Source: Chthoniobacteraceae bacterium (GTDB lineage: Bacteria; Verrucomicrobiota; Verrucomicrobiia; Chthoniobacterales; Chthoniobacteraceae). Taken from it: a stretch of DNA of 64,000 nucleotides. This document shows, piece by piece, positions 27,242 through 36,262 of the stretch. The stretch's first letter is position 1. Each line of letters opens with the position of its first letter. The DNA is taken from positions 1 through 64,000 of the forward strand of contig JBEBGD010000019.1 in assembly GCA_040081625.1 (NCBI GenBank). Direction: 5' to 3'. A model generated the notes under the pieces. That model saw only the letters and a list, made by a program, of their open reading frames with translations, searched no databases and was not told where the DNA came from. A program made the position numbers and the translations under genes.

Positions 27242-29428
27242 TCAAGCCTGCTCGAGAGTCGCGGGCCGGTAGTTGTAGTAGTAGTCGTGCGAGTAGTAGT
27301 AATACTGGTAGTAGTTCTGCGTCGCATCCAGGTCGAGCCGGTTTAGCACGAAGCCGTAGAAGCTTGCTCCGTGTTTTTGCAGCATGTCCACGGCGGCCTT
27401 CACGCTGCCCATCGGCGTGTTGCCACTCCAGATGACGAAAAGCACGCCGTCGGTGAGCTTGTGCAGGATCGAGGTCTCCGAGAGGCCGAGCACCGGAGGC
27501 GTATCGACGATGATGTGGTCGAACTGCCCGCGCAGGGTGGTCAGGATGTCGGTGAATTTCTGCGAGGCCAGCAGCTCGGTGCCAGTATCGAGGTGCTTGC
27601 CCGCGGAGAGGACGAAGAGGTTTTCGTAACTGGTCGGCCGGCAGCCGTCGGCGAGCGAGACTTCGTCGAGCAACACATTCGAGAGGCCGGGGCTCTTGCG
27701 ATAGCCGAAGAGCCGGTGCATGCGGCCGCGGCGCAAGTCGGCATCGAAGAGCAGCGTCCGACCGCCATTGCGCGCGAATGAAATGGCGAGGTTTGTCGCC
27801 ACGACGGTCTTGCCTTCCTTTGGCATCGCGCTGGTGACCATGATGACCTGCGGCTGTTTGCTGACCGAACCGATCGAAAGCAGGTTCGTGCGGATGACGC
27901 GGAAGTTTTCGACGAGGTCGTTGCCTGAAGATTCCCCGGTCGCGAGCAGCGAAAGGGGACGGTTGGACTCGTGCTTGGGCACAATGCCGAGCCCGCGAAG
28001 CTGGCAGGCGTTCTCGACTTCATCGAGGCTGTGGATGGTGTGATCGAGATACTCGATGAGGAAGGGAACTCCCAAGCCGAGCACCACGCCGAGGCTGGCG
28101 GCCATGATCAGCAGCTTCACGAGGTCGGGCGAAGTCGGCCGATCGCTCGAGTCGCGGACGTTGAGGAAAATCAGGTCCATCCGCTCGCGATCCCACGCAT
28201 ACTCGAGCGCCTCGAGTTTCTTCTGCATCTCGGAGATCATCGTCTCCCAGTTGATGCGCGAGAGGCGGAAGATGGCGTTCTGCGAATTGGCAAGCTGGCT
28301 CTCCTTGTTGGCCTTGGCATATTCGCCGATCTGGCCTTCGAGATCCTTGCGCCGGTTGATGAGCTCCTGGTATTCGAGATCGAAGCGTCGTTTCGACCCG
28401 AGGTATTCCACTTCGACCCTCTGCTTGAGGTCGTCGATCTTGATCTGTAGCGCACGCATGGCGCGATGGCCCGGCAGAAATAGCGCCGACTTCTCGGCCA
28501 TCTCCCGCTGCGCTTCCTGCATGAGCTTGTCGAGTTCCCGCCAGACCAGCTGCGTCGGCACCAGCGATGGCACGACGATGACGTTCGGCGAAGCCTGCCC
28601 CACCGCCCCGTTGCCATCGACCGCCGCGCGATCGGTCATCTCGACCTGGTCGCCCACCTTGAGCGAGGAGGTCGCGGCGAGCTGGCGATCGGTGTCGAGG
28701 GAAGCAATCAGTGAGAGCTTGCCGATGATATCCAGCGACGGATCCTCGAGCTGCATCTTCACGCGGCCCATGTCGTCGATGCGCCTGGCCATGCGGACGA
28801 GTTCGGCGGGAACGCCCTGGTAACGCTGGAGTTGGATCTGCGCTTGAATCGTCTGGTTGCTGTCCTGAAGATTCATCTTCTGGTCGAGCGAATCGCCCAT
28901 CTTCGCCGCGGCATCCTGGATGGCCTGCGTGTAGGTGTTGTAGATGGAATCCTTCTCGCGCTGGTGGCGTTCGCGACGAAACGCTTCGTGTTCCTCGATG
29001 AGAACGCGCGCCCAGTTGTCCGTGAGATCCTTGGAGATTGCCCAGATCTCGACCTGCAAACTGCGGCGTCCGGCGTATCCGATCCGCATCTGCCGCACGA
29101 TCTTCGCCTCGATGCTCCGCGCACTTTCGTGAATGCCAAAGCGCGCCGCCGTGCGCTCGATGACCATCGGGGATTTCAGCTCGCCGAGGATGGTGTTGAC
29201 CTGCCCGTCCTGGAACACGTTTTGCACGTCCATGGGCTGCGGCACGTAATCCATCCGCACCATCGCCTTCGAGTAGTAGATCGGCCGCGCGTAGATGTAG
29301 TAATTCAGCGCGCCGAGAAAGGCGACAGCCACCAGCAGTCCGATGAGTCGCGTGTGCTTCTGCACAAGGGCGACATACATGAAGACGTCGTGGAGGCTGA
29401 CTTTGCGCTTTTTCAGTCCTGGAATCAT
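27242..29428 (-). CDS. wzc: Polysaccharide co-polymerase / tyrosine autokinase (Wzc)
   Basis: Two TM segments flanking a coiled coil, Walker A 'TSAMPKEGKT', 'DADLRR', 'IVDTPP' and a C-terminal Tyr cluster YYQYYYYSHDYYYNY. Confidence 0.9.
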   Translation of the reverse strand: MIPGLKKRKVSLHDVFMYVALVQKHTRLIGLLVAVAFLGALNYYIYARPIYYSKAMVRMDYVPQPMDVQNVFQDGQVNTILGELKSPMVIERTAARFGIHESARSIEAKIVRQMRIGYAGRRSLQVEIWAISKDLTDNWARVLIEEHEAFRRERHQREKDSIYNTYTQAIQDAAAKMGDSLDQKMNLQDSNQTIQAQIQLQRYQGVPAELVRMARRIDDMGRVKMQLEDPSLDIIGKLSLIASLDTDRQLAATSSLKVGDQVEMTDRAAVDGNGAVGQASPNVIVVPSLVPTQLVWRELDKLMQEAQREMAEKSALFLPGHRAMRALQIKIDDLKQRVEVEYLGSKRRFDLEYQELINRRKDLEGQIGEYAKANKESQLANSQNAIFRLSRINWETMISEMQKKLEALEYAWDRERMDLIFLNVRDSSDRPTSPDLVKLLIMAASLGVVLGLGVPFLIEYLDHTIHSLDEVENACQLRGLGIVPKHESNRPLSLLATGESSGNDLVENFRVIRTNLLSIGSVSKQPQVIMVTSAMPKEGKTVVATNLAISFARNGGRTLLFDADLRRGRMHRLFGYRKSPGLSNVLLDEVSLADGCRPTSYENLFVLSAGKHLDTGTELLASQKFTDILTTLRGQFDHIIVDTPPVLGLSETSILHKLTDGVLFVIWSGNTPMGSVKAAVDMLQKHGASFYGFVLNRLDLDATQNYYQYYYYSHDYYYNYRPATLEQA

Positions 29429-29704
29429 GGGCGGGCTGTAGTCGTGATACGGTGCGTTCGGTGGGTGGAGGCGGCGACAGTAGCGCGCTTGATGCCATAA
29501 TCGAATTCATTTTTCAATCGATCGATATATTTCGACCCGCAGATTCGTGAAAACTTCCGGTTGCACGCCTTCCGAGCCTCGCTCCATTGCGCGCCTCAAA
29601 CGCAAAAGTAATAAACGTGCCCGTTGGTCCTCGGGCGCCGGTCATCAGGCCGCGCGCCGTATGCGTCGAGGGGAACCCGGGCAACGACCAAACACCACAC
29701 TACC

Positions 29705-30727
29705 ATGCCTGTTCGACTTGGCCGGTTCGAGCTGCCGAAGACTCCCGTAAAGAACGAGTCTTCCGAAACCGACACCTATGCACAGTTCACAGCCGAGCCC
29801 TTTGAAAGCGGCTACGGCGTCACCATCGGGAATGCGCTCCGGCGCGTCCTGCTCAGCTCCATCGAAGGCGCCGCCATCACCACCGTGCGCATCACCGGGG
29901 CCAACCACGAGTTCCAGACCCTTCCCCATGTGGTCGAGGACGTCACCGACATCATCCTCAACCTCAAGAAGGTGAAGTTTAAGTGCGCCGACGGCGAGCA
30001 GCGCACCGTCACCATCAGCGTGAACAAGGACGGCGAAGTCACCGCCGGCGACATCCAGGAAATCCAGGGCGTTGACGTCGTGAACAAAAAGCAGCACATC
30101 TGCACGCTCGACAAGAAGACCAAGTTCGAGGCCGAATTGACCGTGCGCACCGGGCGCGGATTCGCCACCGGCGACGAAAACAAGTTCGCGGACATGCCCA
30201 TCGGCGTCATCCCGATCGACTCGATCTTTTCGCCCGTCACCCGCGTCAAATATGAAGTTGGCGCCACCCGCGTCGGCCAGCGCACCGACTACGACAAGCT
30301 CATCCTCGAAATCTGGACCGACGGGCGGATCGAACCCAAGGAAGCCCTGATCCAGGCCAGTTCCATCCTGCGCAAGCACATCGAGCCCTTCTACAACTAC
30401 GACGAGAACCTCGTCGCCTTCGACGAGACCCCGCAGCAGCAGAGCCAGGAGAACCAGAAGCTCAAGAAGCTGCTCAACATGTCCGTCAACGAGATCGAAC
30501 TCTCGGTCCGCGCGGCCAACTGCCTCAACAACGCGAACATCACCACCGTCGGCCAGCTCGCGATGAAGACCGAGAGCGAGATGCTCAAGTATCGCAACTT
30601 CGGCAAAAAATCGCTCAACGAGATCAAGGACAAGCTTTCCCAGCTCGGCCTCTCGCTCGGGGCCAAATTCGAACTCGGCATGGTCGAGCCGAATGCCGCC
30701 GAAACCGGACTCACCAGCCTCCGCTAA
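29705..30727 (+). CDS. rpoA: RNA polymerase alpha subunit
   Basis: 'EPFESGYGVTIGNALRRVLLSSIEG', 'DSIFSPV', 'TDYDKL' and 'ELSVRAANCL'. Confidence 0.98.
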   Translation: MPVRLGRFELPKTPVKNESSETDTYAQFTAEPFESGYGVTIGNALRRVLLSSIEGAAITTVRITGANHEFQTLPHVVEDVTDIILNLKKVKFKCADGEQRTVTISVNKDGEVTAGDIQEIQGVDVVNKKQHICTLDKKTKFEAELTVRTGRGFATGDENKFADMPIGVIPIDSIFSPVTRVKYEVGATRVGQRTDYDKLILEIWTDGRIEPKEALIQASSILRKHIEPFYNYDENLVAFDETPQQQSQENQKLKKLLNMSVNEIELSVRAANCLNNANITTVGQLAMKTESEMLKYRNFGKKSLNEIKDKLSQLGLSLGAKFELGMVEPNAAETGLTSLR

Positions 30728-30736
30728 CCCACGGCC

Positions 30737-31297
30737 ATGCGTCACGGTAGAAACACCACCAAACTCGGTCGCACCAGCGAGCACAAGCAAGCGCTGCTTG
30801 CCAACCTCGCCTGCTCGCTCATCGAGCATCACCGCATCAAGACCACGGTCGCCAAGGCTAAAGCCCTCCGCCCCTACGTCGAGAAGCTCGTCACCAAGGC
30901 CCGCCGCGGCACCCTGCACGACCGCCGCATCGTCGCCGGCCGGCTCGGCAACAACTCGCTGCGCGTCGAGAAAGTCGTGCGCAAGCTCTTCACCGAGATC
31001 GCCCCGCTCAATGCCACCCGCCCCGGCGGCTACACCCGCATCTACAAGCTCGGGCCGCGCCTGAGCGACGCCGCACCGATGGCGCTGATCGAGTTCGTCG
31101 AGCAACTCGCCACCCCGCAAGCGATCGAGGAGCCCAAGCCCTCGAAAGCCACCGCGAAGAAAGCGCCGGCAAAAAAAGATGCCGGCGAGGATAGGCCCAA
31201 GGCCAAAAAGCCGAAAGCCGAAGCCCCCGCTGACGAAGCGGCCCCGGCCGAGAAAAAGCCGCGCAAGCCTCGCGCGAAAAAGGAAGACGACAAGTAG
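30737..31297 (+). CDS. rplQ: 50S ribosomal protein L17 with K/A/P-rich C-terminal tail
   Basis: 'MRHG...KLGRT..H..ALLANL', 'IKTTVAKAK' and 'RPGGYTRI'. Confidence 0.97.
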   Translation: MRHGRNTTKLGRTSEHKQALLANLACSLIEHHRIKTTVAKAKALRPYVEKLVTKARRGTLHDRRIVAGRLGNNSLRVEKVVRKLFTEIAPLNATRPGGYTRIYKLGPRLSDAAPMALIEFVEQLATPQAIEEPKPSKATAKKAPAKKDAGEDRPKAKKPKAEAPADEAAPAEKKPRKPRAKKEDDK

Positions 31298-31321
31298 TCC
31301 TCCGGTTCCAAAGCAGTTCAT

Positions 31322-31353
31322 AAAGGGCGAGTCCGCGAGGGCTCGCCCTTTTT
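31322..31353 (+). terminator. Intrinsic terminator (probably bidirectional)
   Basis: AAAGGGCGAGTCC-GCGA-GGGCTCGCCCTTTTT between convergent rplQ and HNH genes. Confidence 0.8.
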
Positions 31354-31394
31354 GCATTTCGCCTCACCTCTCTCCTCGCAAGTCCGACAGGCGC

Positions 31395-32009
31395 CTAGTC
31401 TCCCAGCTCGACGTTCCAGTAGGCGTAGTCGATGAAGTGCCGCCAGCTCTCGTGAACCTTCGCATCGAAGGTGATGTGCAGAAACGGGCGCCACTTCGGG
31501 CGCGCGGGCTTGCGCAGCAGCCGCATCCCGGCCTCGTGCGGGAGCCGGTTGCCCTTGCGCGTATTGCACGGGATGCACGAGCACACGATGTTTTCCCAAG
31601 TCGTCGCCCCGCCGCGATCACGCGGGATGACGTGATCGAGGTTCAGGTCGCGCTTTTCGAAAACGCCACCGCAATACTGGCAGATGTTCTTGTCGCGCTC
31701 GAAGATGTTGTGACGCGTGAACTTCACCTCCTTGCGCGGCACCCGGTCGAAGAGCGCCAGCACGATCACCCGCGGCACGCGGATCTTGAACGCGATCGTA
31801 TGCACCATCTCCTCGTCCTGTTCCGGCTGTTGCCGCGAAAAGTCGCGCCAGCTCTGGAAGTCGTGCGTCAGGAAATTGCCGTCCTCCGCGTGGACGATCT
31901 GCGCGTCCCCGTCGCACAAGAGGGCAAAGGCTCGCCGCACGGAGCAGACATTGATAGCCTGCCACAAGCGGTTCAACACGAGAACCTGACGGTCGAGCAC
32001 GTGAATCAT
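31395..32009 (-). CDS. HNH endonuclease (McrA/HNH_5-like)
   Basis: 'TRHNIFERD...CQYCG...LNLDHVIPRDRGG..TWENIVCSCIPCN..KG'. Confidence 0.9.
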   Translation of the reverse strand: MIHVLDRQVLVLNRLWQAINVCSVRRAFALLCDGDAQIVHAEDGNFLTHDFQSWRDFSRQQPEQDEEMVHTIAFKIRVPRVIVLALFDRVPRKEVKFTRHNIFERDKNICQYCGGVFEKRDLNLDHVIPRDRGGATTWENIVCSCIPCNTRKGNRLPHEAGMRLLRKPARPKWRPFLHITFDAKVHESWRHFIDYAYWNVELGD

Positions 32010-32101
32010 ACGCAGTCGGGGTTGCCCCCGGAAAGTGCGCGGAAGCTAGCGAGGTCTTTTTGTGCTGTCAACGGAGCCGAGGCGCGCGAAATAGGCGGTG
32101 T

Positions 32102-33805
32102 ATGAAGCCGCTCCTGCTCCTCCCGATTCTCTCCGCGGCGATCGCAGCGCGTTCGCAGGATGCAGTTCAGCGCGTCTTTGCGGTCGAAGCTGCGGGCGTC
32201 ATCGCGCAGCAGCGCGGGCTCGCGCTCGTGGTGACGTCGCCCGGCGACGGAAAGATCGTGTGGCACGATTCGGCGGGAAAGCTCGTGCGCGAGCGCACCG
32301 TCGTGGTGAACACGGAGGGCCCCGCGTATTACCGCGAAGTCTTCCGTCAACTCGCCGGCGCCGACTGGGCGCTGCCGAGCGCGCCGCCGGACAATGCGCG
32401 GGCTGCGTTCTGGCAAGGGGCCGATCTCGCTGCTGCATCCAGCCGCGAAGACGCCCTCGCGGCGATCGCGAAACTCTATGCCGGAAAGACGCGAACCGGG
32501 CGCGCGGCGGATGCGGCGCGACTCGCGGGCGCGCTCGTGCAAGCGGCCGCGCCCTCGGAAAAAGCCGGGCTCGACCCCGTGCTCCTGGCACGCGGCGCGG
32601 CGTGGCTGGTGGCGGCGGAGGCGCATCTGCGCGAACCGATCGACGCAGCGTGGGCACCGGTCCTCTCCCTCGCGGGGCAGAAGACGGAGGCCGCTGCGAT
32701 ATGGAAATCATCCGCGGCAAAGACGCCACGATCCGCCGCGGAGAAAGCGTGGGACCTGACGCTCGCCGGGCCTCGCGAAACTGCTCCGACGACAGCTCCG
32801 GCACCCGACTTCACCGATGCGGAAAAGGCGTGGACCTGGCTGCGCGGGCTGGATCAGCCGCCGCGCGATGCGGATTCACCGGAGGATCAGGCGCGGCGCG
32901 TGCGGCTCTGGCTCGCGGAGCGGCGCGCGGCGGCGGAGAGATTCCACGCGGCGTTTCCAAAAGATTCGCGGCGCTGGGACTCTGCGATGATCGCCTACGA
33001 GTGCGCGCACGAGCTCGTGCGCTCAGGCGAGCGCGCCGCGAAACCGCCGGCATCGGGGATCCTCGACGAAATCCTCGCCGCACCCGATGCGAGTGAGACG
33101 ACGAAGGGAGACGCCGCATTCTTCCGCACGATGCTGGCGGGCGACGCTGTCGCGGTGAATTCCCCGCACACACTTCCGCCCTTTCACCGCGCGCTGTCTG
33201 AATTCATCGAACGCTTCCCGCAGCACGCGCGCGCGCCGACCGTGGCGGGCGTTCAGCTCCAGTTGCTCGAGGCGACCGAGACGCCGGGCGCGGACAACCT
33301 GCTCAAGAAGCTCGCCGCGCACCCGAACGCACAGATCGCCGCGCAGGCGCGGGCGATGATCGAGCAGCGGGCGCGCTTCGCCGAGCTGAAGAAGAATCCC
33401 ATCGAGCTGAAGTTCGCCGCAGCCGACGGCAGCGAGGTCGATCTCGCGAAGCTGCGCGGCAAGGTGGTGCTGCTCGACTTCTGGGCGAGCTGGTGCGGGC
33501 CGTGCCTGAGCGAGGCGCCCAATGTCGTCGCCGCATTTCAGAAGCTGCACGCGCGCGGCTTCGAGATCGTCGGCATCTGCCTCGACCAGGACCGCGCCGC
33601 GATGGACACGGCGATGAGACGCGCCGGCATGACGTGGCCGCAGCACTTCGACGGCAAGGGCTGGCAAAATGAGATCGCGCAGCGTTTCGGCATCCGGGCG
33701 ATCCCGGCGACGTGGCTTTTCGACAAGCGCGGCAAGCTGCGCGAACTCGGCCTGCGCGGGCAGGATCTCGAGGCACGCGTCGAGAATTTGCTGCGGGAGG
33801 AGTGA
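32102..33805 (+). CDS. TlpA-family thiol-disulfide oxidoreductase with long helical N-terminal region
   Basis: Signal peptide; C-terminal 'LRGKVVLLDFWASWCGPC' and 'FGIRAIPATWL'. Confidence 0.85.
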   Translation: MKPLLLLPILSAAIAARSQDAVQRVFAVEAAGVIAQQRGLALVVTSPGDGKIVWHDSAGKLVRERTVVVNTEGPAYYREVFRQLAGADWALPSAPPDNARAAFWQGADLAAASSREDALAAIAKLYAGKTRTGRAADAARLAGALVQAAAPSEKAGLDPVLLARGAAWLVAAEAHLREPIDAAWAPVLSLAGQKTEAAAIWKSSAAKTPRSAAEKAWDLTLAGPRETAPTTAPAPDFTDAEKAWTWLRGLDQPPRDADSPEDQARRVRLWLAERRAAAERFHAAFPKDSRRWDSAMIAYECAHELVRSGERAAKPPASGILDEILAAPDASETTKGDAAFFRTMLAGDAVAVNSPHTLPPFHRALSEFIERFPQHARAPTVAGVQLQLLEATETPGADNLLKKLAAHPNAQIAAQARAMIEQRARFAELKKNPIELKFAAADGSEVDLAKLRGKVVLLDFWASWCGPCLSEAPNVVAAFQKLHARGFEIVGICLDQDRAAMDTAMRRAGMTWPQHFDGKGWQNEIAQRFGIRAIPATWLFDKRGKLRELGLRGQDLEARVENLLREE

Positions 33806-33878
33806 CCGCCGGGATGATTGCGGGCCAGCCGGGTTAGGCCTACGGTAGGCGCGTCCCCATGAACTTTCTCCCCGCCTG

Positions 33879-34115
33879 ATGGGCCTCTCCCCCCGACCCG
33901 ATGGATGCCGACATTGCGGCAGCCCGCTCGTCTTGCCCACGCGGGTTAGCCACCGCATCCACTTCGTGCTGACGCTATGCACGGCCGGACTCTGGAGCAT
34001 CGGCTGGATCGCGGCGGCCATTCACGCCCGAGTGCTCCCATGGCGTTGCGCGACTTGCAGCCATTGCCAGCAGGGCGACGCGGTGTCGCCACGCGACAAA
34101 CGTGCTTCAAGCTAG
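33879..34115 (+). CDS. Small membrane-anchored zinc-ribbon protein (CxxC-hydrophobic-CxxC, LITAF-like)
   Basis: 'CRHCG'...'HRIHFVLTLCTAGLWSIGWI'...'WRCATC'. Confidence 0.55.
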   Translation: MGLSPRPDGCRHCGSPLVLPTRVSHRIHFVLTLCTAGLWSIGWIAAAIHARVLPWRCATCSHCQQGDAVSPRDKRASS

Positions 34116-34168
34116 TCCGTGCCGCTTGCAGTGAGGGCGAGTCTGGCCTTGGATGCGCGCCCTTTTCG

Positions 34169-35455
34169 ATGAATCTCGATCCCACATTGCTCCGTTCACT
34201 CGCCGGGAAAGTCGGCACGCCGTTCTGGCTCTACGATGCGCGCGTCATTCGCCAGCGCATCGAGGACGTGCTTTTCATGACGAGGGCGCCGGGCATCCAG
34301 GCGCGCTTTGCGATGAAGGCGTGCCCGATCACCAAGGTGCTGCGCGAGATGAAGGCAGCGGGGATCTGGCTCGATGCCGTGTCCGGCAACGAGGCGCTGC
34401 GCGCGCTGCGCGCCGGTCATGCCCGGGGAAATCAGCCGCCCGAGATTTGCTTCACCGCCGATGTGTTCCGCGACAACGCGCTCGATGTCGTGCTCGAGCA
34501 TGACCTGCTCCCGAACATCGGCTCGCCCGGCATGGTGCGGGATCTCGCGCACGCCGGCTACCGCGGGCCGATCTCGATCCGCATCAATCCCGGCTTCGGC
34601 CACGGCCATGTGAACTCGTGCGACACCGGCGGTCCCAGCTCCAAGCACGGCGTCTGGGCCGACGCACTCTTTGCCGTGAAGGACGCCGCGGAGAAGGCGG
34701 GCATGAGCGTGACGATGCTCCACGCGCACATCGGCTCCGGCCCGCAGTGGCAGGAGCTCCAGCAGAACCTCACACGGCTCGCGCTCGAGTTTCAGCGGCT
34801 GCTCCCGGATTTTCCGACGCTGAGCGCCGTGTCCCTCGGCGGCGGCATCCCGCACAATTACCGCGACCACGGCGCTCAGGTGCCGATCGAGCCGCTGCGC
34901 GAGCTTTTCACCACGTGCCACGAGCGGCTGGCGGCGGCCGCGCGGCGCGAGCTGCGGCTGGAGATCGAGCCGGGGCGTTACTACGTGGCGCCCGGTTGCA
35001 CGCTCATCACACGCGTCCACGACCTGAAGCGCACGCGCACGAACGAGAAGGGCGCGGGCGCGACCTTCGCGATGGTCGATGCCGGCTTCGTCGATCTCGT
35101 GCGGCCGGCGATGTATGGGAGCTACCACCACATCGAGGTCGTGGGCCGCGAAGGCGACGACCCGAACGTGCCGCGCGAGCCCATCGTCGTGGCCGGCCCG
35201 CTGTGCGAAAGCGGCGACGTCTTCACGCGCGACGACCACGAGCTGCTCCAGCCCCGCGCCCTCCCCCGCCCCGAGCCGGGCGACCTCATCGCCATCCGCG
35301 ACGCCGGCGCCTACGGCTACGCGATGTCGAGCAACTACAACTCGATCGGTCGCGCGCCGCAGGTCTGGCTGGAGGAGGACGGGCGCCTCGAGCTGATCTC
35401 CCGGCGCGAGTCGATCGAGGACTTGCTGAAGGCTGAAACTAGCGAGCCCCTCTGA
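34169..35455 (+). CDS. lysA: Diaminopimelate decarboxylase
   Basis: 'GTPFWLYD', PLP Lys 'FAMKA', 'RINPGFGHGH', 'HAHIGSG', 'EPGRY', 'GPLCESGD' and 'GAYGYAMSSNYNS'. Confidence 0.93.
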   Translation: MNLDPTLLRSLAGKVGTPFWLYDARVIRQRIEDVLFMTRAPGIQARFAMKACPITKVLREMKAAGIWLDAVSGNEALRALRAGHARGNQPPEICFTADVFRDNALDVVLEHDLLPNIGSPGMVRDLAHAGYRGPISIRINPGFGHGHVNSCDTGGPSSKHGVWADALFAVKDAAEKAGMSVTMLHAHIGSGPQWQELQQNLTRLALEFQRLLPDFPTLSAVSLGGGIPHNYRDHGAQVPIEPLRELFTTCHERLAAAARRELRLEIEPGRYYVAPGCTLITRVHDLKRTRTNEKGAGATFAMVDAGFVDLVRPAMYGSYHHIEVVGREGDDPNVPREPIVVAGPLCESGDVFTRDDHELLQPRALPRPEPGDLIAIRDAGAYGYAMSSNYNSIGRAPQVWLEEDGRLELISRRESIEDLLKAETSEPL

Positions 35456-35557
35456 GCCGGGTGCGCTGAAACCTCGCCGGTTTCGATAAAGCAAGGCAGG
35501 CGGGCACGCGTTCGGCTTTCCCCTGAGTGCGAATCGCTCGACGAATCTCATCCGACC

Positions 35558-36184
35558 ATGCCCGCCACCGAACCAGAGCCGCCAGCCCAAGAACCAGCGC
35601 GTAGCGCGCTCGGCTCGAGTCTGCACGCGGACTACGAGGCGCTGCAAAATGACCTGGAACAAGCTCAGGAACTCGCGGCGGAATTCCAAAGGCAGCTCGC
35701 CGGGAAGTCGAACGAAGTGGCCCATTTCAAAACCCTGGTCCAGCGCACACAGGATGATTTCAGCCAGCTCAATCTGCACATCGAGGAGCTTCGCCGCGAG
35801 CGCCATCGCCTCGCGAATGAGGCGATGCGCGGGGTGGCCTACGAAACCCAGCTCACCGCCGCACGCGCTGAGATTGAGCGCTTGAAGGCGCAGTTGCGGG
35901 CAGTGAGCGACTTGGGAGGCAAGCGCGTGGAGGAATTGACCGCGGCCAATGAAGACCAGCAGCGCGAGATCGCCCGCCTCCGGGCCGCGCTGGATGCGGT
36001 GAAAGCCCGATTCGGCACGCAGCCGGCCACGCCCACGCAGGTTCAGCGGCAGATCGACGACTTGACCAACACGGTGAAGCGCCTGCAATCGACGGTTGAG
36101 GCGAAGCCATCGAAGCCGCGCCCGCGCGAGACGATCGAGCCGGCCGAAGAGTCGGACGTGATCAACATCAGCTTCGAGCGCTGA
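35558..36184 (+). CDS. Hypothetical coiled-coil protein
   Basis: 208 aa with continuous E/Q/L/R heptad pattern and host-like codon usage. Confidence 0.7.
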   Translation: MPATEPEPPAQEPARSALGSSLHADYEALQNDLEQAQELAAEFQRQLAGKSNEVAHFKTLVQRTQDDFSQLNLHIEELRRERHRLANEAMRGVAYETQLTAARAEIERLKAQLRAVSDLGGKRVEELTAANEDQQREIARLRAALDAVKARFGTQPATPTQVQRQIDDLTNTVKRLQSTVEAKPSKPRPRETIEPAEESDVINISFER

Positions 36185-36262
36185 CACGCCGCCGGGTGCC
36201 CGGCGCGCGACTGCGATCGTTCCGGCTAAGGCCGCGACGGAATCGGTGGTATGCACTCCTGC

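Noticed and set aside
27268..27315. GTA-rich trinucleotide run
   Set aside because: It encodes the Wzc C-terminal tyrosine cluster and is not an independent repeat.
31395..32009. HNH gene as IscB/Cas9-like or mobile nuclease
   Set aside because: Only 204 aa, with no RuvC motifs, no flanking ncRNA space and no element ends; it matches the common standalone HNH type.
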